DNA from: an uncultured Pseudomonadota bacterium
GTDB taxonomy: Bacteria > Pseudomonadota > Alphaproteobacteria > Rs-D84
Direction of reading: 5' to 3'
DNA length: 64,000 nucleotides
Assembly: GCA_902802115.1 (NCBI GenBank)
Contig: CADCKW010000001.1
Span: forward strand, 152,700 to 216,699
Shown here piece by piece: positions 1 through 7,847 of this stretch. The notes under the pieces are model-generated. The model was not told the DNA's origin. It searched no databases and was given only the letters and a program-made list of their open reading frames with translations. Within the stretch, counting starts at the first letter, position 1. Every line of letters starts with the position of its first letter. The position numbers were made by a program, and so were the translations under genes.

Positions 1-1
1 A

Positions 2-268
2 TTTGGCAGTGTATTTCAAATATTTAATCGCCCTGCATCTGGGGCTGACCTGACTGAACGATGGAACGAAATTATGGGCCCCGATATTGCGGCTGTTGCA
101 AAATTGGTCGCCATAAAAAAAACAGTTGGTAATAAATACAGTATTGTTATCAAACCAACAAATCCCGCATTGGCATTACAACTGTCATATTCAAACGATG
201 AAATATTGCGTCGCATAAATAAATATTTTGGCTATGCCGCAATATCAAAGATTACATATAAAAAATAG
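2..268 (+). CDS. DciA/DUF721-family protein, 5'-truncated by the window edge
   Basis: Frame is open from base 2 (FGSVFQIFNRPASGADLTERWNEIMGPDIAAVAK...LRRINKYFGYAAISKI). The W-x-E-I-x-G-x-x-I-A motif and the 'I..IN.FFG...I..I' end are typical of DUF721/DciA. Confidence 0.7.
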   Translation, partial: FGSVFQIFNRPASGADLTERWNEIMGPDIAAVAKLVAIKKTVGNKYSIVIKPTNPALALQLSYSNDEILRRINKYFGYAAISKITYKK

Positions 269-383
269 TTCTCCTCCACCGGAGGAGTACCCTGCGAATA
301 CAGGGGGAGGTGGTTTTAGTATTTCTTTTCATATTCTCTTACCACCCCGCCGCTTCGCGCCACCCCTCCAACGGATGGGAACT
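267..383. repeat. Two inverted copies of GC-rich palindromic repeat family A (267-314 forward, 341-383 reverse)
   Basis: agttctcctccaccggaggagtaccctgcgaatacagggggaggtggtt, and reverse complement agttcccatccgttggaggggtggcgcgaagcggcggggtggt. Both match the copies at 6674-6717 and 46564-46610. Confidence 0.85.
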
Positions 384-433
384 TGGAATATGATGCAATA
401 TCAAAAATAACCTTCCGCAAATAAATCTAAATC

Positions 434-552
434 GTCATCCCGGCATAGGCCGGGATCCAGTTTTGCTAAAAGCAAAACTTGTGTCATTTGGCGTTATTAC
501 ACAAGTAGTCGCCAACGGCGACTACTGGATACCGCACGCCTGCGGTATGACG
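434..552. repeat. Palindromic repeat family B (GTCATCCCG...GGGATCCAG / CTGGATACCG...CGGTATGAC)
   Basis: Hairpins gtcatcccggcataggccgggatccag (434-460), agtagtcgccaacggcgactact (505-527) and ctggataccgcacgcctgcggtatgacg (525-552). Confidence 0.65.
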
Positions 553-736
553 ACAAACTGTAATCATTCCCCGTCTTTTATCGTCACGACGGACTGTAAC
601 AAAGACAGACGAAAAAGAAGGGGTGGCACCCGCAGGGTGACGGGGTAATTGTGATAATAAAATTAATCAAAAAAAATCTGCAACAAAAATTGCAGATTTA
701 AAATTTCCTTTGATTCAGTGCATATAGAACAGACCC

Positions 737-2890
737 CTAATCATCTTCTTCTGGATTTTTTATCGTAAATGTATATCCACCCCCAGAACTCTTTTTAGAT
801 AACTGAGTATTCAATTTAGTCATTCCAAACATAATCGTTCTTAAACAAGCCTGAGCTTTGGACTTATCTAATTTTTTAGGATCAGAACCACATGTTGCTT
901 TATCTGCATACGCATTAAATACCGTCGTATTTGATGAATTCAAATGAGCACCAAGCACCCCTATATCATTTATCAACTGCTCTTTTAATTTTGGCTTCAA
1001 TTTATTTTTTTCAACCAATGGTTTCATACTTGTATAATTAGCTCTTATACACTCTAAAGCCTCCTGACTTCCCCTAGCCTCACAATCTTGCAACGCGATA
1101 TCATCATCACTTGATGAACCACCATCATCACTTGTTCCGCTGGCGACCTGCAAACTCGCCTTTAATGTCGCTTTTTCCAGCATAACCTTTAACCGTTTAA
1201 TCATAGATTCAACCATAGTATATTGTTTATACATCTGTTGTGAAATGACGGTTGATTTTAATCCAACAATGCGTTTGATTTCTTCTTGTTTGTCTGTTTT
1301 ATCCGGATTTTCTGTTTCACCGGCATTATATGCATGCACACTGCACAACGCATATGCAGGATTCACATATGAATTTGTTTCTGTATCACAACTCTGTTTA
1401 CACGATGCAGATGGATGTTCACAACAAATATCATCCTTTAAAGATTTCGAAACCGTAGCACTCCTTAAATCATCATCATTAGACACAGCACAAAATTTAT
1501 TTATTTCCTGTTTAATCTTTTCACTATTAACTTCGCTACTACTTCCAAAACTATTTGGTGCATCCTGTGATATCAAATATTCTAAAACATCTATACTCAC
1601 ACCACCCTTTTTACCACCGGCACGACGACGCCCTAATATACTCCCATCCAATGCACTGCTGGCACAACCAATACGAAGTTTATCATTATCTTCAGGATAC
1701 AACCACTTTTCTTGAACTTCCGCATCACCAAGTTCTTTATTCAATACACACATGGTATCATATTCTGGCGGTACCGGTCCATCATCCACACAATCAGCAC
1801 CACTCTTTTTAACACGCCCGCCTTTCACAGATTTACCATTTTTGCACGTATTTCCATCATACTTTGCCGCAGAAGCCTGACATATATATTCACCCCAACG
1901 ATTACACGAACCGTTTAACATCATATAAATATCGGTCATATCAACACCAACTGACTGTGCACGCACCAACGCATCGTCCAGGTTATCAACCAACGCATCG
2001 TATGGTTCAAAGAATTTCATAGCCAATTCTTTGAATTTTTTAACACGTTTTGGTCCGGTGCAATTATCACCATTTATTTCATTGCAACCGGCATAACGAA
2101 ACGCCTCGCGCATGGTTGATTTTAAATTTGCCAAACTGGAATCGACACCATCTAAACTGGTCATAATTTGTCCAGTAATTGTTGCACGCGCAATAGTATC
2201 TTCGGAAACACCTGATTTTGCCGCCGCAGTCTGTGCCGCGGTCAAACCGGTATCTGCATCTGGCGCACTCGCCCGCACCGTTGCGCTTTCAATTGCCGCA
2301 GCCTGTGCCTCGGCGGCGGCGCGTTGGCTTTCCGCCAAAGCATTTTGCAAAGACGCCATTTGTGCATTATTCTGTTCTTGCATTTGTTGCATCTGCATCT
2401 GCATTTGTTGTTGCATCACAGCAATCTGTTCGGCATTTTGTTGCGCAGCGGCAGCCTGGGCGGCGGCTTGTTGCTGTTGTGCGACCGCCTGGGACGAAGA
2501 CACCAACTGCCCTGCTATATATTCAATCAGTGCATCACCATGTTTTTTACACGCATCATTTGAATTTACACAACCCGACGCGATAGATTTTGCAACATTA
2601 AAATCGGCACAGCCCGTCCCTGAACATTTTGGTTTTGCACAACGCAAAACAACCGCCTCGCAATTACCATAATCAGCCTTGGCAACGGGGGCGTTTCCGC
2701 GTTGATTTGTCATCGTGTTCCATTGATTGCCCGCAATAGACCCCATTGCGCCATTATATCCGGTCAAATTACTGCCCGCGGTTTGTGAAATGGGTGCCGC
2801 CACCGCATACCCCAGCGGTGCAAAAACACACATAACCGACAAAATTTTTGTGATTATTCTCATATTCTCTCTTCCAAACAATTTTATCAT
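737..2890 (-). CDS. Secreted Cys-rich hypothetical protein with Gln/Ala-rich coiled coil (probable start 2863)
   Basis: 717-aa ORF. Signal peptide MRIITKILSVMCVFAPLGYAVAA, more than 30 Cys, QQQQAAAQAAAAQQ...MQQQMQMQMQQ tract. Confidence 0.85.
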   Translation of the reverse strand: MIKLFGRENMRIITKILSVMCVFAPLGYAVAAPISQTAGSNLTGYNGAMGSIAGNQWNTMTNQRGNAPVAKADYGNCEAVVLRCAKPKCSGTGCADFNVAKSIASGCVNSNDACKKHGDALIEYIAGQLVSSSQAVAQQQQAAAQAAAAQQNAEQIAVMQQQMQMQMQQMQEQNNAQMASLQNALAESQRAAAEAQAAAIESATVRASAPDADTGLTAAQTAAAKSGVSEDTIARATITGQIMTSLDGVDSSLANLKSTMREAFRYAGCNEINGDNCTGPKRVKKFKELAMKFFEPYDALVDNLDDALVRAQSVGVDMTDIYMMLNGSCNRWGEYICQASAAKYDGNTCKNGKSVKGGRVKKSGADCVDDGPVPPEYDTMCVLNKELGDAEVQEKWLYPEDNDKLRIGCASSALDGSILGRRRAGGKKGGVSIDVLEYLISQDAPNSFGSSSEVNSEKIKQEINKFCAVSNDDDLRSATVSKSLKDDICCEHPSASCKQSCDTETNSYVNPAYALCSVHAYNAGETENPDKTDKQEEIKRIVGLKSTVISQQMYKQYTMVESMIKRLKVMLEKATLKASLQVASGTSDDGGSSSDDDIALQDCEARGSQEALECIRANYTSMKPLVEKNKLKPKLKEQLINDIGVLGAHLNSSNTTVFNAYADKATCGSDPKKLDKSKAQACLRTIMFGMTKLNTQLSKKSSGGGYTFTIKNPEEDD

Positions 2891-2926
2891 AAAATATAAT
2901 TAAAAAAAAGCATAATTTTATAATTT

Positions 2927-2971
2927 CGCCCCTATTGGGGAGGGGGACCGACGAAGTCGGTGGAGGGGGTT
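2927..2971. repeat. Repeat family A variant
   Basis: cgcccctattggggagggggaccgacgaagtcggtggagggggtt. Same two-hairpin layout as 5841-5882. Confidence 0.75.
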
Positions 2972-2984
2972 CTATAAAAAGCAG

Positions 2985-3470
2985 CTATTTTATCATAACA
3001 GATGCCATATTTGCATGTGTCATTGCGATTGCGATTGCATCACTTTCGTCCGGCGTTTTTGGTTTTGCTGCCGGCAATAAAATTTTCAGCATTTTATAAA
3101 TTTGTTCTTTATCGGCATGCCCCGCCCCAGTCAGTGCCTTTTTTATAATATTTGGTTCGTATTCAAACACCGGGATTTCATTATGCGCAACCGCCACAAT
3201 CGCCGCCGCACGCGCATGTCCCAACAACAAAGTCGTCTTTGGGTTTTTATTCACAAAAATAACTTCTATGCTGCAAACATCAGGCTTAAAACTTTCACAC
3301 AATTCCACCACACCGCGAAATATAAACGCCAACCGTTCCGGCAAAGGCAACTTCGCAGGCGGCAAAATAACACCACTGGCGACATAATGTCGCTCTGGCC
3401 CATGACTGTCAATAATCGCCCAACCCGTATGCAATAAACCCGGGTCAATACCAATAATTCTCATAACCAT
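2985..3470 (-). CDS. ruvC: Holliday junction resolvase RuvC
   Basis: IIGIDPG...TGWAII, SIEVIF, HARAAAI, IKKALTGAGHADKEQI, DESDAIAIA motifs. Next to yebC. Confidence 0.97.
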   Translation of the reverse strand: MVMRIIGIDPGLLHTGWAIIDSHGPERHYVASGVILPPAKLPLPERLAFIFRGVVELCESFKPDVCSIEVIFVNKNPKTTLLLGHARAAAIVAVAHNEIPVFEYEPNIIKKALTGAGHADKEQIYKMLKILLPAAKPKTPDESDAIAIAMTHANMASVMIK

Positions 3471-3496
3471 AATTATACACCAAATTCAAATTATTT

Positions 3497-4234
3497 TCAG
3501 CATCTTAATTTTTGATATTCAGACAATATTTTATTTTGCAAATCAATCGAACCGGCCTTGGATTTTGTATATTCAATCATCTTTTGTTCTTGGGTTTTAT
3601 CCATGTTATATATCATATACAAAACATTTTCAGATAACCGCGAATTCAAATTATATCTTTCACGAAACTCTATCTGGAATTTCAATGCCCGCGAAACCAA
3701 AGAAGACACAGGATAACTATATTCTAAACCATTTGGACTATAAATAACCCTTTCTAAATCTATCGTTTTATTCAGAATAAAATTATAAAAATGCGGTGTT
3801 GGCCTGATACACTTTTCATTATGTGAATAATATACGGCATTACAGTTAAAATCAAAAACATCACTAACGACAAAACACGGGTCATCTACATAATATTGAA
3901 ACACATCAATTATGCCAAAATTTTTTGTTTGTAATTTTACCCCACCCAAAGAATTCTGGCGCATAAATGTTATATTTGGATTACGAGTAAAATCTTGTTT
4001 TTTTGATAAAATAATATCAATATCTTTGGAATTATATTGTTTTGAAAACAATTCGTTCAAAACATGGTCACGAACAAGTCCGCCAACAAAAAACAATTTT
4101 GTATCCGGTTGAAACTTCAACTCGTTTGCAACCGCATTTCCTAATGGAATAATTTTACCAGCCGCCGCCTTTATTGCCGTATCAAAACTTTCTATACAAC
4201 ACCCCATATAAAAAACCCAAAATACATCACCCAC
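3497..4234 (-). CDS. Short class II nucleotidyltransferase (CCA-adding/poly(A) polymerase head domain), divergent
   Basis: FFVGGLVRD...SKDIDII (motif A with DxD) and DFNCNAVYY (motif B-like). Only 245 aa. Confidence 0.75.
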   Translation of the reverse strand: MGDVFWVFYMGCCIESFDTAIKAAAGKIIPLGNAVANELKFQPDTKLFFVGGLVRDHVLNELFSKQYNSKDIDIILSKKQDFTRNPNITFMRQNSLGGVKLQTKNFGIIDVFQYYVDDPCFVVSDVFDFNCNAVYYSHNEKCIRPTPHFYNFILNKTIDLERVIYSPNGLEYSYPVSSLVSRALKFQIEFRERYNLNSRLSENVLYMIYNMDKTQEQKMIEYTKSKAGSIDLQNKILSEYQKLRC

Positions 4235-4294
4235 AAATTAAAAAGAGAACGGCGCAGATGCGAAGTTGTTTGTGAATAAATAAATTAGAATGAG

Positions 4295-4370
4295 ATAGAT
4301 GCGCCGTTGGTGGCGAGTGCAGTGTACAAATGCTACATAAACGAGCCACCAACAAGCAGATATCCATTAT
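4295..4370. repeat. ~78-nt structured repeat, family D copy 1
   Basis: atagatgcgccgttggtggcgagtgcagtgtac...acataaacgagccaccaacaagcagata. Homologous to 7770-7847. Confidence 0.85.
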
Positions 4371-4377
4371 AATTTAT

Positions 4378-5094
4378 TTACGCGGCGGCAGTGAATACCT
4401 TCTGCACATCATCATTTGCGTCCAGCGCATCAACCAATTTTTCGATTTTTGCATATGCCTCGTCATCTAAATCCATTGGCATATTTGGAATCCATGTCAA
4501 TTCTGCACTTTCAGGTTCGCCCAATTTATCCGCCAAGAATTTTTGAACATTGATAAAATCATCTGGTTTTGTCGTGATAATAAAACCTTCGGGTGAAGAT
4601 TCCATATTATCCACAGATGTTTCCATGATAATTTCCATCATTTCGTCTTCGGTTTTACCGATTGATGCCGGATACATAATTTGACCCGCATGATTAAACA
4701 TAAACACAACAGAGCCTTCTTCGCCCATATTTCCACCATTTTTGGCAAAAATATTACGAATTTCTGGCACAGTTCTGCGTGGATTATCGGTCAAGGCCTC
4801 TACAATAACGGGCACCGCACCCGGACCATAACCTTCGTATCGCACAGCAACAAAATTTTCTGTATTTGAACCCGACGCCTTATCTATTGCGCGTTTAATA
4901 TTATCATTTGGCATAGAATTTTTGCGCGCCTGCAAAATTGCCAAACGAAGTCTTGGGTTATTATCTGGGTTTTTATCACCCAATTTTGCCGCCATTGTTA
5001 TTTCACGTGCCAACTTTGTAAAAAGTCCGCTACGCGCCGCATCCGCCAAACCTTTTTTATGTTGGATGTTATGCCATTTACTGTGTCCGCTCAT
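4378..5094 (-). CDS. yebC: YebC/PmpR family protein
   Basis: MSGHSKWHNIQHKKG, NPRLRLAI, YEGYGPG, EALTDN, DDVQKVF. Confidence 0.97.
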   Translation of the reverse strand: MSGHSKWHNIQHKKGLADAARSGLFTKLAREITMAAKLGDKNPDNNPRLRLAILQARKNSMPNDNIKRAIDKASGSNTENFVAVRYEGYGPGAVPVIVEALTDNPRRTVPEIRNIFAKNGGNMGEEGSVVFMFNHAGQIMYPASIGKTEDEMMEIIMETSVDNMESSPEGFIITTKPDDFINVQKFLADKLGEPESAELTWIPNMPMDLDDEAYAKIEKLVDALDANDDVQKVFTAAA

Positions 5095-5144
5095 ATTTGA
5101 CCTTTTAATTAAATTGTTTTAAAATACGCGTAAAAGGATAACAA

Positions 5145-5726
5145 ATGATTGGCAAATTGCAAGGATTAGTTGATTATACCGGCGATGGATTTGTAATAAT
5201 TATGGCAGGACCTGTTGGATATAAAGTATATACCCCAGAATACCTGACCCCAAAATCAACGGTGACATTATGGATTGAAACGATTGTCCGCGAAGATTCT
5301 ATCCGTCTGTTTGGGTTCTGCACCTTGTCGGCACAAAACCTGTTCAATCAATTAACCAGTGTTTCTGGTGTTGGCCCCAAGGTCGCTTTGGCGATTATGT
5401 CATCAATAAAAACAGATACATTAATGCAGGCCATCGCAACGGGTGACGCAAAAACAATTTCCACCGCCCCGGGTGTCGGCAAAAAAGTTGCTGAAAAAAT
5501 CATTGTTGAATTGAAAAACAAAATGGGTGGCGCGACATTTAATTTTGGCGACACATCGGGCGATAATAATTCTGCCCTGGCCGATTTATTATCTGCATTG
5601 GAATCATTGGGATACAGGCGATTAGACATTATTGATATGGCACAAAACCTGGTATCGAAAAATCCAGATTTTGATGTTGCAAAACTGGTTCCAATGGCAT
5701 TAAAAGAAATAAGCAACGGAAAATAA
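5145..5726 (+). CDS. ruvA: Holliday junction branch migration protein RuvA
   Basis: MIGKLQG, VREDSIRLFGF, VSGVGPKVAL, PGVGKKVAEKIIVELK, ALESLGY. Confidence 0.97.
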   Translation: MIGKLQGLVDYTGDGFVIIMAGPVGYKVYTPEYLTPKSTVTLWIETIVREDSIRLFGFCTLSAQNLFNQLTSVSGVGPKVALAIMSSIKTDTLMQAIATGDAKTISTAPGVGKKVAEKIIVELKNKMGGATFNFGDTSGDNNSALADLLSALESLGYRRLDIIDMAQNLVSKNPDFDVAKLVPMALKEISNGK

Positions 5727-5730
5727 AAAA

Positions 5731-7101
5731 ATGAACAACGATACAATATTTGCACTTTCCAGTGGTTTTGGAAAATCTGGTGTTGCAGTAATTCGCATAT
5801 CTGGCGATAATTTGCATGATTTTGCGACCAAACTTATATTCCCCCACTTGGGGGGGACGGACCACGCAGTGGCGGGGGGGGTAAAACCTCGCCATGCATA
5901 TTTTTGCAACCTGCGGGACGAAAATGGTGATTTAATCGACCAATGTATTACGATATATTTTGCCGCACCGCAATCTTTTACCGGGCAAGATGTTATTGAA
6001 ATTCACACACATGGTGCAACCGCAGTGATAAATAAAGTCTTTTCATTTTTATCCTATAATAATATGCGTATGGCAAACCCAGGTGAATTTTCGCGCCGCG
6101 CATTTATGAATAACAAAATGGATTTAACAGATGTTGATGGTCTGGCCGCATTGTTGGATGCCCAAACCGATAAACAACGACAATTCGCATTAAAATCTAT
6201 GTTGGGTGGCGACAGTGAAACATACACCGCATGGCGTTCCAAAATGATTGAAATTTCTGCATACGCCGCGGCAATACTGGATTATGACGCAGACGATTTA
6301 CCATTAAATATTGACAAACAGATTTTAACCAAAACACGCGAATTATATAATGAAATTAAAAATACACTTTCACATTATAATATATCACGCGCAATCACAC
6401 ATGGATTTAACATCGCATTGGTTGGCGAAACAAATGTTGGTAAATCATCATTGTTTAACAAATTGATTGGTTCAAATCGTGCAATCGTATCAAATACCCC
6501 GGGCACCACACGCGATGTAATATCTGCACAAATGGATATCGATGGATTTTTGGTAAATTTATCTGATACCGCCGGTATTCGTGAAACCGGTGACGAGATT
6601 GAAAAAATGGGAATCGACAAAACCAAACAAGAACAAGATTCCGCAGATTTAATTTTGCATGTATATGCTAACGAGTTCCCCTCCCATGGAGGGGTGGCGC
6701 AAAGCGACGGGGTGGTTAATTCTGCCCCCATGAGAAAGGATAATGAAATTATCGTCATCAACAAATGCGATACTTTCGCAACACACAATAATAAAAACGC
6801 AATTTATACATCAACCAAAACAAACCAAGGCATAGACGAGTTATTAAACACAATAAGAAAAAAATTGCATGAATTTATAGACACTGGTAAAAACACAATT
6901 GTTATAAATGCACGCACACATAAATTGCTGACTGATACAGAACAAGAATTAAAACACGCAATCGACGAATATGACGGTAATTATGATATATTTGCCGAAC
7001 ATGTGCGCGCCGCCGCTGATAACATTGGAAAAATTCTGGGTGTAATCAGCGCCAACGATGTTATGGACGCAACATTTTCTCAACTGTGTCTGGGGAAATG
7101 A
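5731..7101 (+). CDS. mnmE: tRNA modification GTPase MnmE with two in-frame palindromic repeat insertions
   Basis: DTIFALSS, SFTGQDVIEIHTHG, PGEFSRRAFMNNKMDL, GETNVGKSSLFN, PGTTRD, DTAGIRE, NKCD, FSQLCLGK. Confidence 0.97.
   Translation: MNNDTIFALSSGFGKSGVAVIRISGDNLHDFATKLIFPHLGGTDHAVAGGVKPRHAYFCNLRDENGDLIDQCITIYFAAPQSFTGQDVIEIHTHGATAVINKVFSFLSYNNMRMANPGEFSRRAFMNNKMDLTDVDGLAALLDAQTDKQRQFALKSMLGGDSETYTAWRSKMIEISAYAAAILDYDADDLPLNIDKQILTKTRELYNEIKNTLSHYNISRAITHGFNIALVGETNVGKSSLFNKLIGSNRAIVSNTPGTTRDVISAQMDIDGFLVNLSDTAGIRETGDEIEKMGIDKTKQEQDSADLILHVYANEFPSHGGVAQSDGVVNSAPMRKDNEIIVINKCDTFATHNNKNAIYTSTKTNQGIDELLNTIRKKLHEFIDTGKNTIVINARTHKLLTDTEQELKHAIDEYDGNYDIFAEHVRAAADNIGKILGVISANDVMDATFSQLCLGK
5841..5882 (+). 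repeat. Repeat family A copy inside the mnmE coding sequence
   Basis: cccccacttgggggggacggaccacgcagtggcggggggggt, read as PHLGGTDHAVAGG. Confidence 0.8.
6674..6717 (+). repeat. Repeat family A copy inside the mnmE coding sequence
   Basis: agttcccctcccatggaggggtggcgcaaagcgacggggtggtt, read as EFPSHGGVAQSDGVV. Close match to the intergenic copy at 341-383 (reverse). Confidence 0.9.
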
Positions 7102-7224
7102 CGATTTTAATTAATAAAAACGGTATTTTTTATACCATTTTTATTTAGAAAAATCGATCATCGCGCCGTAGCATTGTTCGTTATCTTGAACCCAACACCC
7201 CGTCCTTACCGGCGAAGGCGGATA

Positions 7225-7249
7225 AAAAACCGCCGTTTCGGCGGTTTTT
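7225..7249. terminator. Bidirectional intrinsic terminator between mnmE and the convergent lipoprotein gene
   Basis: aaaaaccgcc-gtttc-ggcggttttt. Confidence 0.85.
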
Positions 7250-7270
7250 GTTTTATATTCTAAAAAAGCA

Positions 7271-7648
7271 TTATTTGCAGACTTCAACCGCCCACATTGT
7301 TTTACCATCAATCTTTGGATTTTTCACTGCAACACGGTAAGCAACTTGGTCTTTGGTTTCACAGTCACCAAAAACATTAACATATACATTTTCAGTATCC
7401 GCAACAATTACTTTGTTATCAAATGTATCACCCGAACCACCAAACATAACATCTGCTTCCATTGCTTGGATAGCAGCCAATTCTTCGGTCATTGGGCATT
7501 TATAAATATCACCACCCTCTCTATCTGTGGTTAATTTTTCACACCCAGAAATCAAAGTTTGTGGTTGTTGATTACATGCAGCCAAAGCCATTACTGGTAA
7601 AATCAAAAGTAATTTTTTCATGTTTTCTCCTTTTTTTGTTATCGTCAC
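7271..7648 (-). CDS. Hypothetical lipoprotein (probable start 7621)
   Basis: MKKLLLILPVMALAAC lipobox. Confidence 0.8.
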   Translation of the reverse strand: MTITKKGENMKKLLLILPVMALAACNQQPQTLISGCEKLTTDREGGDIYKCPMTEELAAIQAMEADVMFGGSGDTFDNKVIVADTENVYVNVFGDCETKDQVAYRVAVKNPKIDGKTMWAVEVCK

Positions 7649-7769
7649 GAAACTATCTTACCCCCCCGCCCCATCAATTTCAATACAATAAAAATAACAA
7701 ATTATAACAAAGGGACGCAACGCGTCCCAAAAGCACAAAACTAAAAAACTAAATATCGAAAGATAATGT

Positions 7770-7847
7770 ATAGATGCGCCGTTGTTTGCGAGCGTAGTGT
7801 ACGTGCGGCTACATGAGCGAGCAAACAACAAGCAGATATTCTATTAT
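7770..7847. repeat. ~78-nt structured repeat, family D copy 2
   Basis: atagatgcgccgttgtttgcgagcgtagtgtac...acatgagcgagcaaacaacaagcagata. Confidence 0.85.

Noticed and set aside
615-646. T-box-like AAGGGGTGGCACC motif
   Set aside because: It is a partial family-A repeat (aggggtgg-caccc gca gggtg-acggggt). There is no antiterminator helix, no Stem I and no aaRS gene downstream.
2112-2672. Long shadow ORFs (e.g. 2112-2672, 16745-17308, 25162-25701, 43493-44035, 44465-45127, 46576-47097)
   Set aside because: They are antisense or alternate-frame overlaps of well-supported genes, with no recognisable motifs.
5145-5726. ruvA without adjacent ruvB, and addB without adjacent addA
   Set aside because: Operon splitting is common in reduced genomes, and the partners may lie outside the window.
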